Origin: Chrysomallon squamiferum
Taxonomy: Eukaryota > Animalia > Mollusca
Length of the DNA: 64,000 bases
Direction: 5' to 3'
Assembly (NCBI GenBank): GCA_012295275.1
Contig: CM022667.1
Coordinates: 3,596,001 to 3,660,000 of the forward strand
Below are positions 14,373 through 26,368 of the stretch, piece by piece. Both the position numbers and the translations under genes were made by a program. The notes beneath the pieces are model-generated. The model had not been told where the DNA came from, did not search any database, and saw only the letters and a program-made list of their open reading frames with translations. Position 1 is the stretch's first letter, and every line of letters begins with the position of its first letter.

Positions 14373-15965
14373 CGAATGTGTTTTTATATGTAAGAATGTA
14401 TGTATATGAAGGTATATATATGTAAAAGGCTTATGAAATTATATCTGTGATAATGGCTTCATATGTGTATGTAATCAAAATACATCTTTATAATTTGGTA
14501 ATTATTGTAAAATATTTTATTATTATTTTCCTGGGCATTTTTATTAATTTTTTTATTTTTTTATTTATGTTTTGAGAAAATTAAACTAAAGTATTGAGGA
14601 GGGGTCTTTTGTAAAAAAAAAAAAAAAAAAAAAAACATTTGTATTTAAAAAACCATAGCAAATTTATATTAGTAGCTGGACAGATTTCCATATTTATTTT
14701 TTTTTTAAAAAGAAAATTAATAACACTAATAACATTTCCTAAAATAATTTTTACATAATGTTCACCCTTCTTCTTATTATTCTTGTATTATTATTATTTA
14801 AATTACTTGTAGTCTTATAAGCCGCACACATAAAATCTAATGATAAAGGTATGATAAGACAGCAATCAAACTTGTACTTTAGATATTTCTTAGTTCAGCA
14901 CCTTTAATGTTAATAGGTTTGCACTTATTTAACAGTAAGCTGCTTCTAAAGAAAATTTTATATGTCTGTGTTTGGTGTAAATAGGGTCCATAATGATCCA
15001 GAAGCTTTTCACTTACAGGTTTAAAATTCATTTTCAAAGTAGATTTTATTACGTCTGTTTAATTGTTTATTATAGTTTTTGTGATGACTTATTTTTCTCT
15101 CTCTCTCCTACTAATATTTATTTTATTTATATATATATATATATATATATTTATTTATTTATTTATTTTATTTTATTATATTTTATTATTATTATATATT
15201 TTTTTTATTAGTCATTGAGTATTTTGTACTTTTTAATTATTAATTTATTTTGCGATCTTTTTCTCTTTTCTACCTTCATCTTCTTCATCATCTTCTTCTT
15301 CTTCTTCTTCTTGTTATATATCATCATCACATTATTATTGTTATTATTACTACTCCTATTATTATAAATGTTCTTCTTGTGATTTTTATTTATCTGTTTC
15401 TGTACTCAACTTATTCCTTTAACATTCATTGTTTTCAGTCTATCTATTTTTATATATTTTTACATCTATTTTTGTATTTGAAATACCAAGTTTATCTTCA
15501 TTGAAAATCATAATTATTCATCTTGTTTTAACATATCTTCCTTTTTTAACATGCAATAAATTTCCTACAATATTCTTCAAAAAAACTCCAAAAAAACCCA
15601 ACCAATAAATAAAATAAAAAATAAGTAAATTAAAAACAAAAATAAAATCTTTTTTTTAAAAAAAAAGTAAGAATAAAGAAATCTAGAGGCCTTCGGTGGT
15701 GGTGGTGGGGGAGAAATGTAGACAATAAAATTAATCTTCAAACTGTAATATTAAACCTAAAAATCTCAACAAAAAAAAAGAAGATAAAATCCAAGAATGT
15801 TTAAAAATTTAAAATAACCACTAAATATACATACATATGTATATATATGTATATATATATATATATATGTATATTTATTTCTAAATCTCATAAAACAAAA
15901 CAAAAACCAAAAAAAACAAACCCAAGAATTTAAAATATCAAACGTCATGAAAAGATCAGAATTTG

Positions 15966-15998
<33 letters not shown>

Positions 15999-17604
15999 AA
16001 AAAAAGTCTGGAATGGGGATCAAGGCAATGAGATCAATAAAAGTGACACCCAGCAAAAGAAGTGGAGCTAGTAACGAGCTCTTTTGGCAGAGAGGTTGAA
16101 GAGCAGACAGGCAAAAAGTGCCATTAAAACTGTTACTTCACAGGCTAGGCAGTGTGAGTTATGACTCCAGTTGAAAACTCCGCTGACTTACGAGTGTTTT
16201 CTTCTGCCCGTATCCACTGGCAACCCGATCTACAGTTTCAAAAGCCAGTGAGGTGGTGCTGTTGATTTGTACCGACAACGTTGTTACTCATCCTCCAAAC
16301 TCCCAGTAGCGTTTTTCGCTGCTGACGGATTTATTCCTTAATATATATATATATATATATAACTTGAAACTTTGACGTTTTGTGGTTTTTAAATCTTTTT
16401 TTTTTTTTTTTTTTTTTGGCTTTTTTGTTTTCTTCATTTCTGTAACTTATTCATCATTTTAAACTAGTTGTATTTTTGTTTTATTTATTTTTTGGTTTTT
16501 GTTTTCTTGAGTTTTAAATTTAATTTATTTGTCATTTTATTCATTTATATACAACTTATATTTCTTCTTTATTTGTTTTTAATCTTCTTTTTTGTTTTTA
16601 ATCTTCTTTTTTGTTTTTAGTTTCTTGATATTTATTCCTATTCATCTTTTAATTCATTGACGTAACATACTCATTTTGAATTTTTTTGAATTTTTTTTAT
16701 AATCCTTTTTTTATTTTTATTTCTATTTATCTTCTTCATTTTTCTTCTTTTCTCTATTTTTGCTGTATTTTTACAATATTTGTCTTATCTCTTCTTCATA
16801 TCATATTCTATTTATTCTTATTTATTATCATTTTTCTCTTTTTTATTTAAATCTTATTCTAAGTTTTATTTCATTTTATTTTATTTATCTTTTTTTCTTT
16901 TTTTCTCTCTCTCTCATTCTGTCTTGACTAGGATTATCTTTCTTTTTTTAACTCTTCTTCTCTTTTCTTCTTCTTCCACTGTTTATTTCTCTGTTTCTTT
17001 ATCTTTGTTTAACTGTTTCAATCTTTTTTTTCTTAAATTTAAATCAGATCTAAATAAAACTTCAAGAAACGTTTCAATTAACAAAGAAAATTCACTCAAA
17101 AAAAAACACAAATTTTGTTTTTATTTTGTTTTTATGTTTATTTTTATTTGTTCTTCTTCATGCAGTAAACAAAATTCTTTTAGCTATTTATTTTTATTTT
17201 ATTTTTTTTTTATTTTTACCTTTTCTCTGTTTATTTGTTTTTCTTGAAGTGTTTTTCAACATTCTTTTTACACCTTTTTGTAAAAACTGAAACAAAACCA
17301 AATATTTTTTTATATATCTAGTGTAATATTTTCACATTTTAAATAATTATAAAGTACACAAACATTTTTTTATTTTTTTTTTTTTTTTTGAAGTCTCTCA
17401 CTGAAGAATCATTATAACATCATTAACTTTTCAAATTTGTTTTTATTTCAATGATTTACAAATAAGAATAATTTCAACCATAATTTTCCGTTATCAGAGC
17501 ACACTGACAAAATAAAATTAACGCATTTTCATTTATTTTTTTTTTCCCCAATACAATACAGCAGCAACAGGGCTTAACTTTTTTTCTTTATTAATTTTCT
17601 TTCT

Positions 17605-17635
<31 letters not shown>

Positions 17636-17699
17636 TTATTCTTATTTTCAGTTCTTTTCCTTTATTAAAAATCCCAATATAATTAAAATATTCGTCCAT

Positions 17700-18310
17700 T
17701 ATTTTTGAATTTGTGACAGACCGTATCGAACATTTCGTTTTTCCCCCAACAACAATACACAGCAACATCATTGTGTTATGGATCGGAGTGTGTGTATATA
17801 TATATAATTTTATGAATATGAATTAATTACTGCTTCTGTAAGCAAAGCCCAGTTGGCAACAGATCCCAAGTCATTAGTCGGTAGAAATAATTAATTGTAT
17901 TCCATACATTGTCACCGCAGTTTGATTATTTCCATTGTCGCCGTTGCGATGAAAAGACCGTCACAGTTGTCGATGCTGTTGTGGGAAGGGGGCAATGGAT
18001 TGAGCGCTGCGCGTACATAAATGAACGGCATCAAAGACAAAAGACAGCAGTATGGCGACAGATTTTGTGATATTGACTCGGGAATTAATGTAAGTTATGG
18101 GTTTTTGTGTACACTGTGGTGAGGAATGCTACGAGGAGCTCTTTGTGCTGGCCACTGATTGCACTGACTCATCGATTTGAGATCAAAATGCACGAAAATG
18201 TCGACGAGAGACAAAAGAAATGCAACAGGTTTTCAATATTGATCTCATCTCACCAATTGTTGTTGTTCAGATCACTGTCTGCGGCGGCATTGCCTTCGCA
18301 AAATTAACTT
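17700..18310. promoter_or_regulatory. Candidate enhancer or conserved non-coding element
   Basis: CpG-containing island with TGTGGGAA (17980), ATCAAAG (18030), several CATTGT and TAATTA motifs. Confidence 0.45.
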
Positions 18311-18586
18311 TTTAAATTATCATTATCATTATCATTATTCTTGTTGTTGTCATCATAATGTAAGTTAAATATATTTTTGAAACCTAGTGTACATAAATGT
18401 CCATTCATAAATAAGTATGTACATACATACTTGTAGGTGTGTGTGTATGCGTGTACATCCATAGATAAATATGTACATACACATATACATACACCCACAC
18501 CCACACAAACATACATACGTACATACATACATACATGCACACGTGTAGATGGAAAGAAAGGTAGGAAGTTAACTAAACAGACAATC

Positions 18587-18629
<43 letters not shown>

Positions 18630-19689
18630 TTAATAGTCAGTCACAGATTAGTTACTGTTTGTGTAGAACTGAACTGATGTTTTCTTTAATGTCTGCTAAG
18701 TTAAAAAATCATAATTTCTGAGTGTGAAGTTTTAATTTGAAAATCTGTGAGTTTAAGTAAGTATACACACAGACATAAACAGACCAAAACACACAAACAA
18801 AATATATATTTTTTTTTTACTTTGGAATCAGAAAGTTACAAACTGTTCTAAATCATAATTAATAACATCAGCCATATATATATATATATATTATTTTTTT
18901 TAATTATTATTATGAAATTTTGAGACCTTGCTAACTACCTGCATTCATACTTACTCTCACCTTTCAAACATTTTTTTTTTTTTTGTATTAATCTGTCTAC
19001 AATTAAAATATATATGTGTGTGTGTCTCTGTGTGTGTCTGTGTGTATGTGTGTGTGGGTGTTTTACAAGATTTTTTACAATTTTTCAAATTTATTTTAGT
19101 TGTATATTTTTGCTTTCATTCACTTTTGGGTCTATTTTTAACCTTCATAATTTAATATTTTTATTATTTATTATATTTTAAATTTATTTATTTTTGTTGT
19201 CTTATTTTTAAAGTTAATCTGATATTAATCAGCAGTTTTAAAAGCTGTCGACAAGCTGACCTCATTGGGACCTGCGGGACATTTTTAATTAATTTATATA
19301 AAAATTCAATATCCATATTGATTTTTGCCACCAAAATATTTCTCTTTGCCTTCAGTGGTTCTGCCATTATTTTAATAAATTGTCTGGACACTAAAGAAAA
19401 CAATCAGGTTATATACAAAATGCTTTAATTTTATATATATTTATACAGAAATGTAATTTAATATCTAGTTGAGGAGTGAGTGATTTTTCTTAATTCATAT
19501 TTTTACATTATTAAGTGATCATTTCTCTTTAAAAAAAAATTTTTTTTTTTTAAATTAAATGTTATTGTTTTGTATTATTATTATTAAAAACAGTTATGGA
19601 GTCTTATTATTGTAAAATACAAAACATCTCTGTAGTAAATTCTTTTTAAAATTATTGGTTTTTTTAATGTAATATGAAATGAAATAATA

Positions 19690-20345
19690 TAAATAATGGC
19701 ATTTTAGTATTGTATAAAATTGGTGGCATTTTATTACTGTGAAAAAAACAATTATGGTATTTATTATTGTATAAAAATGAAGGTGCATTACTCTTATGTA
19801 AAAAAATGAGGTTATTATTCTATAAAAATGATAGTAAATTAATATTGTATAAAAAATGATAGTAAATTAATATTGTATAAAAGATGATGGTATTTTATTT
19901 ACTGTATAAAATTATGGTATTTATTTATTCTACAATAATGAAGGTAGATAAATATTGTATAACAGTAAAGGTATTTTATTTATTGTGACATAAGAAAGGT
20001 AAATTAATAATTACATAAACAATAGCAGTATTTTATTTATTCTGTTATAATGAAAGGTAAATTAATAATTACATAAACAATAGTGGTATTTTATTTATTC
20101 TGTAATAATGAAAGGTAAATTAATAATTGCATAAACAATAGAGTATTTTATATTTATTCTGCAATAATGAAAGGTAAATTAATAATTGCATAAACAATAG
20201 TGGTATTATATTTATTCTGTAACAATGAAAGGTAAATTAATAATTTTACAAACAATAGTGGTATTTTTATTTTATTGTGACATAACAAAAGGTAAATTAA
20301 TATTTTCTACGAACAAACAATAGCGGTATTTTGTTATTTATTGTG
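19690..20345. repeat. AT-rich tandem repeat with a ~56 bp unit (AATGAAAGGTAAATTAATAATTACATAAACAATAGTGGTATTTTATTTATTCTGTA)
   Basis: Clear copies at 19990-20340, with related ~28 bp half-units upstream. Confidence 0.85.
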
Positions 20346-21242
20346 CAATAGTGGACACATCCAGGTATTTGTCAGTCGACATCACTGTTGCTATGCCTGA
20401 CTTTTTTTTAATGGGATCAGTGACACTGTACCTGGGTGCTGTGTTAATTTTCTCTTTGTTCTTTTCTCTGTTTTGCCAGGTAGTTAGTGTCACAGTCATT
20501 ATCGGCTGGTGTTGACTTGCTTCTCTCTTATCCTGCTTTATAATGTAACAGATTTAAGCTGCCATTTTTATTTTTATTAGTTTTTTTCTTTTTGTTTTTT
20601 TTTCTCTGTCTCTCTCTCTCTCTCTCAAATCAGGACTCTTTTAAACCTAAAGGTGTAGTAGTAGGTGTTTTTTTTGTTGTTGTTGTTCTTCTTCTTCTTC
20701 TTTTTTGGGGTAAAAAAAAAAGACAGGGGGGTGAGGCTTAGACTGAGGTTGTTACCCAGTTGTAATTAAGGTAGATCCAGGTGGAGTAGGTAAACATGTG
20801 TTTTTGTTGTGTCGTTTTGGAGAAAAGATGCGAGTTGATTGATCAGGGCTGGTGAGGAGTTAATTTTCTGAGCACAGCTTGCGTCCGTGTGGCTGTTTGT
20901 TCTTTTCTTTTGTTTTTGCTTTCAAGTCCCAGTTTTTATTTATTTTTATTCTATTTTTTTTTAATCTCTAGATCATCCAATTTCGTACAATTAATTTTAG
21001 AACTATCAGATTTTTTTTTTATTTTTTTTCTAAACTTTTAATTTATTTAGTTATTTTATTTATTTTTTTGATTGTTTTTGTTTTTGCAGGCTTGTATTCA
21101 TGATTTAGAACTTTTTTTTTTTTTTTTTTTTTTTTCAGGTATATTTTTTTTTTAAATGTGATTCTAGAGATAATAAAGAGATTTTTTTGTTTAAATAAAT
21201 TTTTGTGAAAATGTTGTAACAGTCAGTTTATGTGTGTTTCAG

Positions 21243-21299
21243 ATGGTCTCAGCCTATTGCCAGTAGCATGGAGATAATAATGAACGCGGATTTCATACG
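21243..21299 (+). other. 5'UTR part of the first coding exon, containing upstream ATGs
   Basis: The acceptor AG is at 21241-21242. An in-frame TAG at 21264-21266 precedes ATG 21300. Upstream ATGs lie at 21243, 21268 and 21280. Confidence 0.7.
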
Positions 21300-22162
21300 A
21301 TGGACACATCGTCCCTGAACTCTGACAGGGCTGGGGACGACCTCAGCAGCTGCCAGAGTACCCTGGTAACAACGGCAACTGCGCCGTCGTCGTCGTCTAT
21401 GGGAGAGCGGCAACCGCTATCGGTCGACAAGCTAGTTACCTCACCGCTCAAAGCGATCGGCGCCAACATGGTCGTCTCCAAGAGCGACGATGCCGATCGG
21501 AACTTTTACAACTACACCACCTCGGCCACTGTTCTCTCGGAAAAAGGATTAAAAATTCTGGAAAATTCCGTGACGCAGCGCAGTGGCGGCGTCGTCACCG
21601 CTGCTGCTAACTGCGTCACTGCGTCAGACGGAGACGTGTGCGATGATGAGGGTCTGTCGGACAAGGACGACGATGACCCCGTCGAGTGTGGCGACTGTGA
21701 CATGGTGTTCCCGACGTTGCGGCAGTACATGGACCACCCGTGTTCCCAGACGAATTCCCGGACGAATGCCGCGGAGTCGGCCGACGATGGCGAGCTGAGC
21801 GAAGGGGAGAGCTTCGACGGCAAGATCGTCTACAACCCCGACGGCTCCGCGTACATCATCGACTGCAACAACGATGACTGCGACCTCAACGACGACCTCA
21901 ACGTCCCGAAGCAAGAGGGGGCCATCGTCGTGGACAAGAAAGTCAGCGCGGCCGCCGTGACGTCCTTCCCGCAGATAGCCAGCGCGTTCTTCCTGTCCCG
22001 GAACCCGCAGTCCTTCCTCAACAGCTACTGCGTGTCCAACAGCAACCCCGGCAACATCTCGAAGCACGGTCTGAACGCCCCCATCATGCACAGCTACCGC
22101 GTCTACGACCTGCGGTCGGGGGGGAAGTGTTCGAAAGCCATGGAAAACCACACCACTACCTA

Positions 22163-22196
<34 letters not shown>

Positions 22197-24479
22197 TTTC
22201 TGTCCCGACGAAACCGATTCTAATGTGTTTCATTTGCAAACTTTCGTTCGGGTTCTCCAAGTCGTTCGTCGCCCACGCCAACGCCGAGCACACAATGACG
22301 TTGAGCAAGGAGGAGAAGGCGGTGATGTCGCAGCGAAATGCCTCGGCAATAATCCAGTGCGTGGGAAAGGAGAAACAGCCTCTCATGTCCTTCCTCGAAC
22401 CCATGGCAGTGAGTCCTGTGTCAAAGAACAGCAGCTGCAGCAGCAGTAGTAGTTGCAGTCCAGAAAGCAAAGGATTAGCTTACTACCAGTCTAAGTCTCC
22501 TTTCCTGGGCAAGGATTCTACCAGTGTTAGTTATGTGTACTCTAAACCAAAAATCTCTTTATCGCCAGCGATGGAGGTGAGTAACTCTTCTTCCAGTGCT
22601 GTCGGTAAGGAGGAGCATGGCGATGCAGGAGCAGCAAGTAAGGAGAGTGTTAAGGAGGAGATGAAAAACAGAGAAAGTGTTGATGATGATGCTAACTCGG
22701 CCAGTGACGCCGAATCTGAATCGTCACAGCCCGGTAAGAATGGTGCTGCCACGGGACTGCCGATGCTGGTTTCAGCATCACCAGCAGCAGCTTTCGTTTC
22801 AGCTTCGGCTTCAGCTTCAGCTTCAGCTGCAGCTGCGCTCTCCGAAAGCTTTGACTCTGAATCTAAGAGCACAGCCTCTACCTCCGTGTTGACGTCTCTG
22901 CCCCTGTCCCTGGGCAGCCCAGTGAACAGCTCCGCCCTGCACAGTCCCATGTACCCCGCCTTCCTTCGCGTGTGTGATGAACACCCTCAGGGAAGAGTGC
23001 ACGGCACCGAGTGCCCCAAGTGCGACATGATCCTCAGCTCCTCCCAGTCGCCGGGGCCACATGACGATGATGCACTCGCGCAACTCGTGCAAGACGCTGA
23101 AATGTCCCAAGTGCAACTGGCACTACAAGTACCAGGAAACCCTCGAAATCCACATGAAGGAGAAGCACCCCGAGAGCGACCAGCAGTGCATCTACTGCAT
23201 CGCCAACCAGCCGCACCCGCGCCTCGCCCGCGGCGAGACCTACTCGTGCGGCTACAAGCCGTACCGCTGCGAGGTCTGTGCAACTACTCCACCACCACCA
23301 AAGGCAACCTCAGCATTCACATGCAGTCGGACAAGCACATCAACAACATGCAGGAGCTGGCCAACGGCGGTCAGGAGGTGAAGCTCCCCAGGAGACGTAC
23401 AACAGCAACAACAACAACAACAACACCACCACAACAACGCCGGGCGCTGTGGTCCCCGAGGACGTGTACAAGAAGATGAAGCCGAAGCAGACGTGGCGCT
23501 GCGACGTCTGCAACTACGAGACGGCTGTGGCGAGGAACCTGAGGATCCACATGACGAGCGAGAAGCACACGCACAACATGATGGTGCTGCAGCAGAACAT
23601 GAAGCACATGCAGAGGGACATGCACCTGCAGATCAACCAGCTGATGATGCTGGGGCAGCAGGACCCTGTCCTCTTCGGCCTCCCCTCGCAGATGACGGGC
23701 GCTGGCTTGTTTCCTTACGACCAGCAGATCCTGGCGTCAGGGGATCCCCGGGGCTGGGGCTGGGGCAGGGTTCGAGCTTCCCGTCAACCTGACGACGGAG
23801 AATGGGATGTCGGGGTCGGCCACTCCGGTGTCGACCGACTCGCCGCGACTCTTCCACTGCTGCGTGTGCAACGCGTACCTCACCGACTCCCTCGACGCGC
23901 TGCACCAGCACCTGCAGCACGACCGCACCAAGCAGCGCGAGAGCGAGCACGTCGCCGTGGCGAGCGGCGCCTACCTCTGCAACCTCTGCACCTACAAAAC
24001 CAACCTGAAGGCCAACTTCCAGCTGCACTGCAAGACGGACAAACATCTACAACGGGTGCAGCTCGTCAACCACATCAAGGAAGGTGGCAGCAGCAACGAG
24101 TGGAGACTGAAATACCTCAACGTCAGCAATCCCGTGCAGGTCCGGTGCAACGCCTGCGACTACTACACCAACAGTATTCACAAGCTGCAGATGCACACTG
24201 GAAGCCTGCAGCACGAGAGCAGTGCTCAGCTGTTTATGCACCTGCAGATTGAGGAGGACAAGCTGGCCTGTGACAGCAAGTATTACCACTGTGCACTGTG
24301 CCAGCATTCCAGCAAGAGCAAGCTGGGGCTCATCCAGCATGCCAGGAGTGTGGGACACATTCAGAAAGAAAACAACGTCGCCTCGCAGAAAAACGAGCTG
24401 GACAAACCCAGCCTGGACATCGGATCCATTTTCATGGTGAAGCCTCTGAAAGATGGAGAAGTCGTTAATTTTGAAGACG
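21300..24479 (+). CDS. ZFHX4: First coding exon of a ZFHX3/ZFHX4/zfh2-family zinc finger homeobox protein, carrying the N-terminal zinc fingers. It is split across ORFs 21300, 22127, 23061, 23278 and 23807 by five apparent frameshifts.
   Basis: Family-diagnostic motifs occur in order: [86 protein letters not shown]...[158 protein letters not shown]. Acceptor tgtgtttcAG at 21241-21242; donor G|GTAAGT at 24480 (phase 1). An invertebrate gene would be co-orthologous to ZFHX2/3/4, so the symbol is approximate. Confidence 0.95.
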
Positions 24480-24789
24480 GTAAGTGACTCACTTATTTAT
24501 TTTTTACTTTTATTGTTTATTTACACTTCCTTGTGTCTTATTTTTATATTTTTTTTATATTAGGATATTTGTAATGTTCGTTTATTTATTAATCATTTTT
24601 ATCATCATTGTCATCATCATTATTGTTCCTGGAGTATCATGGTTTGATTTAGCAGAAAGAACAACAGACTGATTTGGTGAATTTTGTTGCAAGATGAATC
24701 TATTTATAACATTTATAAACACATAGATTATTGGTAGACACAAGTAAAGCATCAATTTGTAAAATTCTGTCACCTGCAATACAGCCATA

Positions 24790-25464
24790 GAAATAAACTA
24801 CAGTGAGATGGAACTGGGGTAAGGGTGACACAAATAAACTATACTGAGATGGAACTGGGGTAAGGGTGACACAAACTACAGTGAGATGGAACTGGGGTAG
24901 GGGTGACACAAACTATAGTGAGATGGAACTGGGGTAGGGGTGACTGAAATAAACTACAGTGAGATGGAACTGGGGTAGGGGTGACACAAACTACAGTGAG
25001 ATGGAACTGGGGTAGGGGTGACTGAAACTAAAGATGGAACTGGGGTACTGACAGTGAGATGGAACTGGGATAGGGGTGACACAAACTATAGTGAGATGGA
25101 ACTGGGGTAGAGGTGACAGAAATAAACTATAGGGGTGACACAAATACATAGTGAGATGGGACTGGGGTAGAGATGACACAAACTATAGTGAGATGTAACT
25201 GGGGTAGGGGGTGACACAAATACATAGTGAGATGGAACTGGGGTAGGGTGACACAAATACATAGTGAGATGGAACTGGGGTAGAGGTGACAGAAATAAAC
25301 TACAGTGAGATGGATCTGGGGTAGGGATGACACAAACTATAGTGAGATGTAACTGGGGTAGGGGTGACACAAATACATAGTGAGATGGAACTGGGGTAGG
25401 GTGTGACACAAATACATAGTGAGATGGAACTGGGGTAGGGGGTGACACATACATAGTGAGAAGG
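24790..25464 (+). repeat. G-rich minisatellite, about 18 copies of a 36-41 bp unit (AGTGAGATGGAACTGGGGTAGGGGTGACACAAACTAC)
   Basis: Tandem units are directly visible, and the - strand ORFs show repeated peptides (PLPQFHLT). Confidence 0.95.
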
Positions 25465-26331
25465 GATTGTGGGTGGAGATGTGGTGTTGATCCGAGGTTA
25501 GCCAGGAAAATGTGTCGTTAGTCGGGGACAAAGAACTTCATCAAAACAGGTCACATGAAAGGTGCACTCACAGGTAACCTCAACCCAGGTAATTGTGTCA
25601 CACCTCCCCCCCCACACCTGCAACATCCCCCCCTAGGAACTGCATTCTTTCGCTGACAGTATCGTACTTGTTATTAAAATCTTAGTAGTTTATATTTTGT
25701 GACTGTTTATAGTTGACTGAGGTTTTTGCCCTGAAGCTGATCATTTTTTTTTTTTTTTTTTAAATTATTATTGTTCTGATTCTGCTTTGATTTATTAGGA
25801 TTTATTTGGATTTATTTGGTGTATCTGTACTTATGTGTGTATGTGTGTATGTGTATGTGTATGTATGTGTGTATGTTACAAGTATATTTATCTGTTTGTG
25901 TGGTTATTAATATATTGCTATGTCTATTTCTGTCTTTGTGTGTATGAGTGTGTGTGTGTGTGTGTGTGTGTGTTTGTGAGTGTTTAAAGGTTTTTAAAAG
26001 AAAAAACCCTAAGGTATTGAAATTTATTATCAAACTATAATTTACAGTGAATAATAATAATATGTATAATGCCTTCAATAAGCATATTATAACCTGTTGT
26101 TTTTTTTTTTTTTAAAACAGGCTCTTTAAATTTTTAAGACCAAGCAAATACAAAAGTGTTTTTTTTTTTTTTTTCTTCTTCTTCTTCATATCATTTAACT
26201 GAATTTTAATTTATTTTATGCAGCCTGGTGATTTTAAAGGAACTCCAATACATTTGAATGAAATGTTTTTCATGTCAGTTAACAGTTTATATTTTTATTA
26301 TGTTTTCTTTGTAACTGGCACGGTGTTTCAG

Positions 26332-26368
<37 letters not shown>

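Noticed and set aside
16780-17247. Hydrophobic F/L/I/Y-rich ORFs here and elsewhere (for example 30258-30695, 8922-9362)
   Set aside because: They are artefacts of T-rich low-complexity sequence and microsatellites.
22110-23745. Programmed ribosomal frameshifting or pseudogene status for the ZFHX exon
   Set aside because: There are five shifts of mixed sign, mostly at homopolymers or short repeats, with no nonsense mutations and intact zinc ligands. Sequencing error is far more parsimonious.
21512-24358. Long - strand ORFs overlapping the large exon (for example 21624-22151, 22531-22950, 23633-24046)
   Set aside because: These are antisense shadows of GC3-rich coding sequence and have no domain of their own.
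24790-25464. Regularly spaced ~37-bp repeats superficially like a CRISPR array
   Set aside because: There are no unique spacers and no cas genes, and the context is a eukaryotic intron. It is a tandem minisatellite.
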